58,858 nucleotides of DNA from Bacteroidia bacterium. Its GTDB lineage: Bacteria; Bacteroidota; Bacteroidia; Bacteroidales; GWF2-35-48. The stretch covers positions 1 through 58,858 of the forward strand of contig JACREX010000147.1 in assembly GCA_016212695.1 (NCBI GenBank), given 5' to 3'. A program made the position numbers and the translations under genes. The notes below the pieces were generated by a model. The model did no database searches and was not told the DNA's origin. It was given only the letters and a program-made list of their open reading frames with translations. Below are positions 36,785 through 47,500 of the stretch, one piece after another. Positions within the stretch are counted from its first letter, which is position 1, and each line of letters starts with the position of its first letter.

Positions 36785-38974
36785 CTACCGATCAATTTCG
36801 TAATACTGGTCTGTTGAGCCTACAATCTTGAATTCAGTTCTCCTGTTCTTTTCGCGGCCAGTGGGATTATCTGTGCCATCGGGATTGGTATTGCGTGCAA
36901 TCGGTTGCGATTTCCCATATCCTTTTGAAATAAGCCTGTCTATTGTAATGCCTTTGCTGATTAAGTATTTCACTACATTATCTGCTCTTTTCTGTGATAG
37001 CTTCAGGTTATATGCATCCGAACTGACCGAATCGGTATGCGCGGATATTTCAACAACAATCTTCGGCATTTTCGTCATGGTGGTCAAAACAAATTTATCA
37101 AGATAATCCAATGCATCCGGTGTCAAATCGGATTTGGCGAATTCATATGTAATATTCTTCAGAACGATGGCTTCTTTTTCTTTGATTATTTTTCCGGTAT
37201 TATCGGCCATTACTTTCATGTAAACAGCATCTAATTTTATGGTATCCGATTTGGTTATATTCCATGTTGACACATTCATGCGTTTGTTATCGTAACCATA
37301 ATTTTCAATTCTCACAATGTAACTGTTTCCCTGTTCAAGGTTGAAGGAATATTCGCCTTTTGAATCAGTGCCGGTATTGCTGATAAAAACGGAATCCCGG
37401 GTATTTTCTTTGATCATGAAAAGCGAAACTAATTTATTCCCCAGGAGCGTAACCGTATTTGTATCAATTTTATTTTTATCAATATTGACAAATTCGGAGT
37501 TTGCAGATTTTGTAAGCAGTTTAAACAGGCTGCTGTCTTTAACGGCAAACAGGGTCCCTTTCGCTACGATTTTGATAAGATCCGGCGCCTGGAATGTATA
37601 CAGGTCGTCGCAGCAGGTAACATTTCGCAAGGTCACTCCGCCGGCCCTGTTGGATGCAAAAAATCCTTCGCCTTTGGTTTTTGATAAGACAAAATATATA
37701 TCGTCTGCGCTCGAATTTATCGGATAACCTAAGTTTTCGGGCCGGGTCCAATTTTTTTGTTCGCCGATGGTTTTATATACATCCAGCCCTCCAAAGCCGG
37801 GGAGCTTGTCAGAACTGTAATACAAGGTTCTGGTTGGAATATCGTAGTACGGAGTTAATTCCTCTCCGGGAGTATTTACCAGTTTTCCCATATTTTTTAC
37901 TTCGCTCCATGTTTTTGTTTTTTTATTGAAAACAGAAAACCAGAGATCCATCCCTCCCAAACCTTCGGGCCGGTCGGATGTAAAATAGAGCACTTCCTGT
38001 CCGGTCCGGGAATCGGTTCCCAAAGCCGGCATGGTGGATGAGTATTTGCGTAGATTGATGGGTTTGGGAAGCATTTCCGGAGGCATCCAGAATTCGTCGC
38101 TGTCTTTTTTACTAACATAAATCGCACAGACCGGTTTGTTTTTCCAGTTTCTCACACAATATGTGAAATAGAATTTTTTCCCGTCCGGCGAAAAGGCTCC
38201 GTTGCCAACATCCATTTCGTCGTCGTTAAACGGGCCCGGATAAGCGATACCGCCCCGCCACTCGTTTTTTATTTTCCTGGCTACATAAAATTTTCTGACC
38301 GGCCTTTTTGCCGTATCATCCGTATTGTAAAAAGGGACGGAATCCTTTTTTAGCGCCGCATAAATAAAAGAGGTTTCGTTAACCGGTATGGGAGAGAATT
38401 CAATATTCGCTTTATTAATCGAGGTATCGAGATGTGTTACGATAACTTTGTTTTTTGCCTTGTTCCATACCGTATCAATATAGCTCTGGGCGAGTTCGCA
38501 TCCCGTTACTTCCGCCTTAGAAAGGTTTTTATAAAATTTCTCATCCTTCTGCCCCCTGTATTCTTTTCCGAATTTCATATAATTCTGCACAGCTTCCTTA
38601 TATTTTCCGTTCATTTTTTGCATAGTCGAATAATAATATAAAGCAAGCGGAAAATCTTTGGGCGCGCCTTCATAAACTTTTTGATAATACGTTTCGGCAT
38701 TCACATAATCCCTCGATCTTCTGTACAGTTCGGCCAGCTTATATGTGATTTTGAAATTTTTGGGTTTTTTCCGGCAATAGGTTTCATAGTAATCAATGGC
38801 GGTGTAAATATCCCCGACCCGTTCGGCATTTTTCCCAAAGCGTTTCAACCGCCAGGGTTTCATGGATTTTGACTGCTCGGCCGGTTTTTCAGAAGATGTA
38901 GCGTAGGGAATGTATAGAAAAATGAATGTGATAATGAAAATAACCTGTAATATTTTTTTGAATGGATGCTTCAT
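36785..38974 (-). CDS. OmpA-family protein with TPR and PD40 repeats (PorE-like)
   Basis: TPR N-terminus, YFTSDRPEGLGGMDL repeats, ISAHTD..LSQKRA..GYG..NRRTEF OmpA_C domain. Confidence 0.88.
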   Translation of the reverse strand: MKHPFKKILQVIFIITFIFLYIPYATSSEKPAEQSKSMKPWRLKRFGKNAERVGDIYTAIDYYETYCRKKPKNFKITYKLAELYRRSRDYVNAETYYQKVYEGAPKDFPLALYYYSTMQKMNGKYKEAVQNYMKFGKEYRGQKDEKFYKNLSKAEVTGCELAQSYIDTVWNKAKNKVIVTHLDTSINKANIEFSPIPVNETSFIYAALKKDSVPFYNTDDTAKRPVRKFYVARKIKNEWRGGIAYPGPFNDDEMDVGNGAFSPDGKKFYFTYCVRNWKNKPVCAIYVSKKDSDEFWMPPEMLPKPINLRKYSSTMPALGTDSRTGQEVLYFTSDRPEGLGGMDLWFSVFNKKTKTWSEVKNMGKLVNTPGEELTPYYDIPTRTLYYSSDKLPGFGGLDVYKTIGEQKNWTRPENLGYPINSSADDIYFVLSKTKGEGFFASNRAGGVTLRNVTCCDDLYTFQAPDLIKIVAKGTLFAVKDSSLFKLLTKSANSEFVNIDKNKIDTNTVTLLGNKLVSLFMIKENTRDSVFISNTGTDSKGEYSFNLEQGNSYIVRIENYGYDNKRMNVSTWNITKSDTIKLDAVYMKVMADNTGKIIKEKEAIVLKNITYEFAKSDLTPDALDYLDKFVLTTMTKMPKIVVEISAHTDSVSSDAYNLKLSQKRADNVVKYLISKGITIDRLISKGYGKSQPIARNTNPDGTDNPTGREKNRRTEFKIVGSTDQYYEIDR

Positions 38975-38994
38975 TTTAAATAATGGATTTCACT

Positions 38995-40014
38995 TTAATA
39001 TCTGTCACACGGTATCGCTTTATTGGGTGTTATAGTGCTTGGTGCCGTATAAATAACAGATATTTCAAAAGCGCCTCGGCTTTGAGTGGCTGCTTTCAGT
39101 TCGGAAATATTCAGGTCATAGCTGAACCCGATATCAAAATCATGATAATTCAATCCGGCGACAAAAAACACGGCATCCATATTCCTGTTATACCCATTTC
39201 TTGCATAGCTGCCAATCCAGAATGAATTTAGTTTAAGAAAATTTGCAGGCAGAACATATCCGATATTAGCTCCCGCAACAATATCGTTCGCATTTTGCAT
39301 ATTCATGAAAAGCGCTTTGGGCGCGGCATAGAACTGCTTGGTGATATTGAATTTCACTTCTATATGGAAAACCTGCCTCATGGGCAATTGGTTGTTTGAA
39401 GACAGATACGATTCTTTCGGTTGTGTAAGATGATACATGGCAAATCCCACCTGCGGCTCGAACCGTTTGAATTTTTTGCTCCAGAGAGCGCCTGCATTTA
39501 GATCAAAATACGAAGGTTGTTCGGTGCTGCCCGGTTCATTGCTTAACAAGTTTGAGTTAAATTGTCCGATGGTGATATCCCATTGTGCCGGATACGTCTG
39601 GCCGCTGAGAGAATAAGACTTCATAACATATCCGGCCTGGATGCCGAAATGCAGGGAATTAAAATCAGCGAGTTTTTTATGATATGCAAAAGAAAGATAA
39701 AATTTATTTGCCACCAGGTCAATGTTCCCGGATTTATCATTGATATAATTGATTCCCCAACTGAAATTTTCAGTGTAAATATACCACTGGTGATCGAACC
39801 CCAACGATTGCGTAATATATGGAACAGAGATGGATTTCCATTGGGAACGGTATATGCCCATGGCCCGCCAGTCTCCGTTACAATATCCTGTTAATGCCGG
39901 ATTCAGGGCAAGAGGGGCGGCATAAAATTGTGAAAAATGAATATCCTGCGAAAAGGAGTTTTTTCTCACAAGCATCAATACTGCAAGGAATACCAATAAA
40001 AAATATTTTTTCAA
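38995..40014 (-). CDS. PorP/SprF family T9SS outer-membrane protein
   Basis: QDIHFSQFYAAPLALNPALTG, YRSQW, GFSYD..S.L, GAFEIS; TTG start at 40014 or 40032. Confidence 0.9.
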   Translation of the reverse strand: MKKYFLLVFLAVLMLVRKNSFSQDIHFSQFYAAPLALNPALTGYCNGDWRAMGIYRSQWKSISVPYITQSLGFDHQWYIYTENFSWGINYINDKSGNIDLVANKFYLSFAYHKKLADFNSLHFGIQAGYVMKSYSLSGQTYPAQWDITIGQFNSNLLSNEPGSTEQPSYFDLNAGALWSKKFKRFEPQVGFAMYHLTQPKESYLSSNNQLPMRQVFHIEVKFNITKQFYAAPKALFMNMQNANDIVAGANIGYVLPANFLKLNSFWIGSYARNGYNRNMDAVFFVAGLNYHDFDIGFSYDLNISELKAATQSRGAFEISVIYTAPSTITPNKAIPCDRY

Positions 40015-40034
40015 TTCAACTGTATTTTGCAAAC

Positions 40035-40083
40035 AAAAATAGTATTATTTTTACAAAATTAAAAAATAGTATTACTTTTACAA
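40035..40083. promoter_or_regulatory. 22-bp direct repeat x2 in the divergent promoter region
   Basis: aaaaatagtatta(t/c)ttttacaa at 40035-40056 and 40062-40083; overlaps the minus-strand TATTTTTG -7 box. Confidence 0.65.
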
Positions 40084-40106
40084 TAAGTTAAAAAATTAAA
40101 TAGCCG

Positions 40107-43100
40107 GTGAAAGACAGAATTTATCTCATATTTCTTTTTGTATTCTTTTTTTCTGTTTCGTTAAGAGCTCAGGTTACAGCGTCTTTCTCTGCATCCCAGA
40201 CAACGGGTTGCGGCAATCTTCCTTTGGTTAATTTTTTCAATATGTCAACAGGTTCCGGATCATTATCATATGTATGGAATTTCGGAAACAGTAACACATC
40301 TGTTTTACAGAATCCATCTACAAGCTATCCGAATCCGGGCGATTACCTTGTTGTATTGACTGTAACTAACGGTACACAGAGCGATACTGCTGCGGCCATG
40401 ATTCATGTATATAATATTCCTACTGCTATTTTTACATCAGGTAATCATGACGGATGTATTCCGCTTACTGTAAATTTTCAGGATGGCTCCACAGTTACCG
40501 GATCTACAATTATTCAATGGCAGTGGTATTTTGGCGACGGGTATGAATCCAATGATCAGAATCCGGTTCATATGTATCAGACAGCAGGCAGCTATCCGGT
40601 TTCATTACAGGTTACGGATGCGCACGGTTGCGTTTCCACAACCTATAACCTGTCTGATTATGTTCATGCCACGATTGTCCCTGTCATCCAGTTTACATCC
40701 GATTATACAAGTTATTGCCTTGTACCGCTCACTGTGAATTTTACCAATACCACGGTGGGATCAACCGCCCTGACCTACAACTGGACCTTTGGCGACGGTG
40801 GAACATCAACCTTACAGAATCCTTCACATACGTATGTTGATTCGGGTTTCTATGATGTGTCTTTAACTGTTATTGACCAATATGGCTGTTCAAATGATAC
40901 AACTATTACCGACTACATGGACCTTACTATCGTAACCGCATCTTTTTCGGTAGTTGAGGGCGATACGGTTTGCCAGAACCAGATGGTGCATTTTAACAAT
41001 ACATCCGGCGTACCAGGCTGGTGGATTTATGGCAATGGCACAAGCGGAACATTAGATTCAACAATATACCCGAATACCGGAAACGTTACCGTTACGCTGA
41101 TCGCCGCGCCGGGAACACCCTGTGCCGATACGATCTCCCGGAATATTGTTGTCATTGCGCCTCCCATCGCAAATTTTTCTCTCGACGATGAATACGGCTG
41201 CAAGGTGCCACATACCGTTCATTTTACTAATCAGTCCACGGGGGCTGTTTCGTGGGCATGGGCTTTTGGAGACAATAATACTTCTGCCGTTCAGAATCCA
41301 ACAAATATTTATAATACCCAGGGAACTTTTATTATAAATCTGGCCATAGCCAGTTATTACGGTTGCCGGGCCGCTCATTCCGATACCGTTTATATTGAGT
41401 TCCCGGTTGCCGATTTTTTGAATGATACAAATATGGGCTGTAAACCGTTGCCCGTACCCTTTACCAACAGCAGCCACTGCAATACAACTTTTGACAATAT
41501 ATCTTCATATATCTGGACTTTTGGCGACGGGGGCACATCAATACTACAGAATCCCACGCACACTTACACGCAGCCCGGAAATTTTTGGGTACGCCTGACC
41601 ATTACAACTGCGCATGGATGCACGGCCAAAGATTCATTAATCGTTAACGTGGGCTCGCACCAGCATCCGGGATTTGTTCTGGATAATTATATTATCTGCG
41701 CTCAGGACACCATAAAATTTACAAATACATCAACCGATAGAGACACGATCGATTATTACAACTGGTCGTCATCGAGTCCTGTCATATTCGGAAGCGACAC
41801 AATCCCTCTGCCTCCGACCATTGTTAGAAATACTGTTGATACCGGTTATATGAGTATTCAACTGATCGTAGGGTACAATGGATGCAAGGATACCCTTATT
41901 GACAGCATTTATGTAAACGGCCCGATAATAAAAACCCGGTCTGTTGTTACTTCTTTGATGAACTGTAATAATCCGTATCAGTATTTTATGACAACTGTCA
42001 CACAGGGCGTCCAGTACTGGGTATGGAACTGGAGAGACTCTTCGCTTGTTGATACAACTATTCAAGATACCATTATGCATACTTTTCCGGTATCAGAGCC
42101 AAGCACTCCCGATAGAATGGTGTTAATATATGCCGTAAACGATACTACCGGTTGCATATATAAAGACAGCATCTTGGTTCATCCGAAAGATATTCATGCG
42201 AATTTTGACTCGATGGCATGGCACGATACGATTTGTTATACCCCGAATTTGTTTACTGCAAGCAGTTTTAAAGATGCATTTTTCTGGAACTGGAATTTTG
42301 GCGACAATACACCGGCTACAGGGTGGGGCGGCAACATGGTAAGCCACGTGTATGATACATCCGGAACTTTTACTGTCTGGCTGTATGCAAAATCCGAAGT
42401 GCAGAACGAACTTCAGTGTGTGGATTCCGTTTCGAGGCAGGTTCGGGTATTTAAACCTGAAGTCGAATTTAGGGCAGACACATTAATCGGTTGCGCACAA
42501 TCGCCTATTACCGTACCTTTTCATAGCCAGGCATTTTCGAATGATATCGGCCTTATGGCCTGGTTATGGACTTTTGGAGACGGCCAGGTTGCAACCGATA
42601 CATTTGTTACACACTCGTATCCAATAGCAAATTATTATACCGTATCTTTGCAGGTTACCGATTCATTAGGTTGCATCAACTCATTAACAAAAAATAATTT
42701 TATCGCCTCCCTGTCAGTAACGTCTGATTTTAATTCTCCCGATACCATATATTGCACAGGTGAGCCGGTTTCTCTTAATTCAACTTCATCTTTTGGCACG
42801 CCTACTGATGCTGCATACCAGCCAATACATTGGTTATGGTATTTTGGAAACGGCGATTCCAGTCTGGTTCAAAACCCAATGATGTCTTACCCGGTAAAAG
42901 GAGATTATGATGTTACGCTGATTGTATATGATACGCTGGGATGTTCAGACACGCTGATAATAACAAATTATCTGCAGGCGCAAAGTATAAACGCTCAATT
43001 CCGGCTGGTGTTAAATGGCGTTTATGTTTTTTCCGATTCTGCGGTTTCTGTTGCTGATACTAATTGCTATCCGGTTCAGATAGGGTCGCATAATTTAACA

Positions 43101-44546
43101 AATCAAACCCTGACTGAATATAATCCCACTTATATTTGGGATTTTGGCAACGGAGGATCTTCCATTTTGGAAACGCCCAGTTTCAGTTATGTTATGCCGG
43201 GAACTTATTACCTGACTATGCAAACAACCACGTCGCATGGATGCATTGATAAAGACACGATGATTATTCAGGTGGGAGGCCCCTGGGCGGAAATTATTTT
43301 AAGCGACAGTATGATCTGTAAAAGCGATACGGTTGCATTTAATATTACTGATACAATTTCTATTAGTTCCGTGTCATGGAATTTTGGCGATGGGTATGCC
43401 AGTACAAATTTTGCTCCTCAGCATCAATACAGCTATTATCCTGATACCGGGTATTTTGTTGTTACGCTGAATGCTTATTCCGGCTCATGCCAGATGTATC
43501 CTGCAAAAACCGATACGATACATGTTATTGATGTTATAGCCCGTTTTAACAGGGGCAACCAGGATGCAGATACATCGGAATGTCAGCCGTACACTATTTA
43601 TTTCTTCAATCTTTCTACAGGCGCTGATTTATGGAGTTGGAATTTTGGCGATGGAACAACATCAAATACCCAGTTTCCTCCTCCGCACTTATTTGTTAAT
43701 GCCAACCAAAGCAATATGGTTTATAATGTATCCCTGATTATTGCCAGTAGTATAGCCGGTTGTAAAGATACCGTCATAAAACCCGTGGTCATCTATCCCA
43801 CACCGGATATAACAGTTTCAAATGATACGTTAATCTGTATTGGCGGTAATGCCAGCCTGCATGCAACCGGAGGATCCGGCATACTGTGGAGCCCGGTTCA
43901 GGGATTGAGCAGCGCTACATCTTATGACCCGGCAGCGGGGCCGACATTGACAACAAATTATCATGCATTGATTGCAAGCATGTATGGTTGCCAGAATACG
44001 GATTCTGTTATGGTACAGGTTCAGCAAATGCCTACATGGATAAACCTTCATGATACAACTATTGTTATCGGCGAAGTTGTGAATATTTCTTTTGATGTGG
44101 ATCAGAATAATATTTCTTATCAATGGACTCCGGATTATCACCTTTCCTGCACCACTTGCCCGAATCCTGTTGCACAACCGTTGCATTCCACGGAATATAT
44201 AATCAGGTTTGTTGACAGTTCAGGATGTTTTGTACGCACAGATACTATACGTATTAATGTTGACGCTAATTTTTCAGTTGCTGTTCCAACTGTTTTCACT
44301 CCCAATGGAGATACTCATAATGATACTATATATGTTAAAGGCTGGGGAATAAAAAGAATTAAAAAGTTTTCGATATACAACCGGTGGGGGCAGTTGATGT
44401 TTCAGACAGATGACATCCATGTTGGATGGGATGGAACCTATAACGGCCAGAAACAGCCGCCGGATACTTATACCTATTTTGTAGAAGTTGAACTTCTTGA
44501 TGAAACTACCATGAGCAAAAAGGGAAACTTTAGTTTACTGCGATGA
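40107..44546 (+). CDS. Multi-PKD surface protein with T9SS type B (gliding-motility-associated) C-terminal domain
   Basis: Many W.FGDG PKD repeats; VPTVFTPNGD.HND..IYNRWG..WDG..KG..LLR terminus. Confidence 0.92.
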   Translation: MKDRIYLIFLFVFFFSVSLRAQVTASFSASQTTGCGNLPLVNFFNMSTGSGSLSYVWNFGNSNTSVLQNPSTSYPNPGDYLVVLTVTNGTQSDTAAAMIHVYNIPTAIFTSGNHDGCIPLTVNFQDGSTVTGSTIIQWQWYFGDGYESNDQNPVHMYQTAGSYPVSLQVTDAHGCVSTTYNLSDYVHATIVPVIQFTSDYTSYCLVPLTVNFTNTTVGSTALTYNWTFGDGGTSTLQNPSHTYVDSGFYDVSLTVIDQYGCSNDTTITDYMDLTIVTASFSVVEGDTVCQNQMVHFNNTSGVPGWWIYGNGTSGTLDSTIYPNTGNVTVTLIAAPGTPCADTISRNIVVIAPPIANFSLDDEYGCKVPHTVHFTNQSTGAVSWAWAFGDNNTSAVQNPTNIYNTQGTFIINLAIASYYGCRAAHSDTVYIEFPVADFLNDTNMGCKPLPVPFTNSSHCNTTFDNISSYIWTFGDGGTSILQNPTHTYTQPGNFWVRLTITTAHGCTAKDSLIVNVGSHQHPGFVLDNYIICAQDTIKFTNTSTDRDTIDYYNWSSSSPVIFGSDTIPLPPTIVRNTVDTGYMSIQLIVGYNGCKDTLIDSIYVNGPIIKTRSVVTSLMNCNNPYQYFMTTVTQGVQYWVWNWRDSSLVDTTIQDTIMHTFPVSEPSTPDRMVLIYAVNDTTGCIYKDSILVHPKDIHANFDSMAWHDTICYTPNLFTASSFKDAFFWNWNFGDNTPATGWGGNMVSHVYDTSGTFTVWLYAKSEVQNELQCVDSVSRQVRVFKPEVEFRADTLIGCAQSPITVPFHSQAFSNDIGLMAWLWTFGDGQVATDTFVTHSYPIANYYTVSLQVTDSLGCINSLTKNNFIASLSVTSDFNSPDTIYCTGEPVSLNSTSSFGTPTDAAYQPIHWLWYFGNGDSSLVQNPMMSYPVKGDYDVTLIVYDTLGCSDTLIITNYLQAQSINAQFRLVLNGVYVFSDSAVSVADTNCYPVQIGSHNLTNQTLTEYNPTYIWDFGNGGSSILETPSFSYVMPGTYYLTMQTTTSHGCIDKDTMIIQVGGPWAEIILSDSMICKSDTVAFNITDTISISSVSWNFGDGYASTNFAPQHQYSYYPDTGYFVVTLNAYSGSCQMYPAKTDTIHVIDVIARFNRGNQDADTSECQPYTIYFFNLSTGADLWSWNFGDGTTSNTQFPPPHLFVNANQSNMVYNVSLIIASSIAGCKDTVIKPVVIYPTPDITVSNDTLICIGGNASLHATGGSGILWSPVQGLSSATSYDPAAGPTLTTNYHALIASMYGCQNTDSVMVQVQQMPTWINLHDTTIVIGEVVNISFDVDQNNISYQWTPDYHLSCTTCPNPVAQPLHSTEYIIRFVDSSGCFVRTDTIRINVDANFSVAVPTVFTPNGDTHNDTIYVKGWGIKRIKKFSIYNRWGQLMFQTDDIHVGWDGTYNGQKQPPDTYTYFVEVELLDETTMSKKGNFSLLR

Positions 44547-44566
44547 AGGAATTTTAATGTAATAAC

Positions 44567-44595
44567 AAAAAAGCAGGTGTCGAGCCTGCTTTTTT
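44567..44595. terminator. Bidirectional intrinsic terminator
   Basis: AAAAAAGCAGG-tgtcgag-CCTGCTTTTTT between convergent genes. Confidence 0.85.
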
Positions 44596-44596
44596 G

Positions 44597-47500
44597 TTAT
44601 TGTAGTATTAATTTTAGAAGATTTCTTTTATCTCCTTTACATATTTTTAATAAGTACACGCCCCTAGGTAAATTTTTCACATCAATGATTTCCTTATTTA
44701 TATTATGTATTATCTTCTTAGTCATAACGGCTCCTGTAATATCTGTAATTTCAAAAAATGATTCTTGTTGGAGTATTTCAGAGAACTCAATTGTTAATTT
44801 ATTTTTTGCAGGATTGGGATAGACGGTGATAAAACCATCGTCTTGTTCCATTGTAAGAATACCGACATTATCATCAACATAAATCGAATCGGTTGCATAA
44901 CATCCATGAATATTTCCAACAGTGACAAAATACCATCCGTATGCATTTACGCTGATTTGTTGAGTGCTTTCACTTGTAGACCATAGATAACTGTCAAACC
45001 CGGAACCGGCGTCAAGGGTTGCAGGCAGCGCTGTATGCAATGTGTCAGGAGTTAAATTAACAGGAGGCAGCGGATGAACCAGTACAATTATACTGTCTGT
45101 ACTGCTGCACCCTGAAGTATTCGTAACCGTAACGGTAAAAACAGTATTTGACGTAGGCGATACAACTATATTGGGTTGGTTATCGCCATTGCTCCATTGA
45201 TATACCGTTCCTCCGCTTGCCGTAAGAGAAACGCTGTTGCCCACGCAAATGGTAGTATCATTGCTTAGGGTAATAACCGGCGAGGGCGATACTGAAACCA
45301 GCAATGAGTTTGAAATAGTTCCGGTTCCGCAAGCATTAATTCCTTTTACGGCGAGCATTACATTTCCAAAATATGTGGGACTCCATGAAACGGCTGCTGT
45401 TAAGCTATCGCCGGTAATTGTTCCTGCACTGGATGGTAAAAGATACCAGATGTATGAAGTAGCGCTAGGGGCTCCCTGCGTTGTGTAAGAGGTAACTGTA
45501 GTGTCATTCGTACAAACCGATGTCGGCCCGGTTGGCGTTCCGGCTATAGAAGGAATTTGGTTTATTATTATATGAACGCTATCAGCCGCAGTACAGTTAT
45601 TGGCGCCTGTTACGGTTACATAATATACTCCTCCGGTTGAAACATTAATTACGTTTGTCGTGTCGCCAGTATTCCATAAATATGTTATGCCGCCGCTTGC
45701 AAAAACCGCCACTGTATCACCGTAACAGAATGTTGTGTCAGGCCCTGCAGATGCATTTACAAAATAAACCACGACACTTACTGTATCTGAATTATGACAA
45801 CCGTTTCCATCTGTTACCGTAACCATATAATCTGTGGTATTTTGAGGAGCAACAGATATGGTAGCCAAATCTTCTCCCGTGCTCCAGTGATATAATATTC
45901 CTCCGGTTGCCGTAAGAGAAGTATCGTTTCCCCTGCATATAGAGACGTCATTTCCTGCATTGGCAACAGGCAATGGGTTTACAAAAAGATGAATGCTGTC
46001 GCTTGCAGTGCAGCCATTACTATCATATACGGTAACATAAAATATTCCCGCTATTGTAATGAAAATATCTGCTGTGGTATCGCTATTGTTCCATAAATAG
46101 GTAACGCCTCCGCTTGCCGTAAGATGTGCGGTATCGCCAAAGCAGATGGTCGTATCCTGTCCCGCCTCCGCAATAGGCGAAATATTAAAATTAACAGTTA
46201 CGCTGTCAGTAGAAAAACATCCGGTTGATCCGGTTACGGTTACAAAATATATTCCCGCAATAGTAACACTTATTTCTGAAATTGTGTCACCCGTATTCCA
46301 CGCATAAGATGTTCCTCCGCTGGCCAAAAGGATTGCAGTGTCTCCATTACAAATCGTAACATCCTGTCCCGCCTCTGCGTCAACAAAATTGACAACTACC
46401 AAAACCGTATCAGAATTGTGGCATCCGTTATTGTCGGTAGCCGTTACGATATATTCTGTTGTATTAAACGGTACGGTATAGATTGTTGAAATCGTATCTC
46501 CTATGCTCCACACAAAGTGAATACCTCCGGTAGCCGAAAGAAAGGCGGTATCATAACGGCAAATGGTTACATCAACTCCTGCGTCTGCCAGGGGCAAAGG
46601 ATTTATTGTTACGAGGATACTGTCATAGGAATAGCAACCAATATTATCAAAGACTGTAACATAATAATAAACATCGGAAGCAGGGCTCACATCAATTCCT
46701 TGAGTGGTTTCGCCTGTATTCCAGAAATAGGTAACACCTCCGCCAGCCAGCAGATGAGCCGTATCTCCAAAACAAACGGCAATATTATTCCCGGCCTCGG
46801 CAATAGGTAAATTATGAACTGACAATGGCAATGAAAACGATTCTGTGCATCCGTTAGAGCCGGTTATTGTAACACTAAACGGACCCGCAATGGTAACATA
46901 AATAACTGAATCCGTAGCGCCTGTATTCCAACTGTAGGAAGTACCGCCGGTTGCCGTGATAGTGGCAGTATCTCCCGTGCAAATAGCCGTGTCGCCGGAA
47001 ACCGAACCGCCGGAATAATTCACTATAACAAGAACACTGTCCCTGTCAGAACAACCCAAAATATCAAATACTGTGACCTGATAAGCTGTTGAGGAATCCG
47101 GGCTGACAGATATGGATTGAGTGTTTTCATTGGTACTCCATAGATATGAAATACCCCCTGATGCATTCAGTATCGCTGTGTCATACCTGCATATTGCCAA
47201 ATCATTTCCCGCAAAGGCAGAAGGGAGAGGGTTAATAGTAATGAGAACTGTGTCGGTATTGGAACAAGCATTCATGTCTGTGACAGTAACAATATAGGCA
47301 CCTCCTGTAACAACCGGATTCAGAGCATTGGTAACATTATTGCTCCAGAGGTACGAAACGCCGCCGCCGGCATAAAGCATGGCAGTATCATTCTGACAAA
47401 CTGAAGTATCATTTCCGGCATATGCAATAGGTAAACTTAGTACCGTAACAGTGAGGCTGTCGTTTTTCGAACATCCCTGGGGACTGGTAATTGTAACAAA

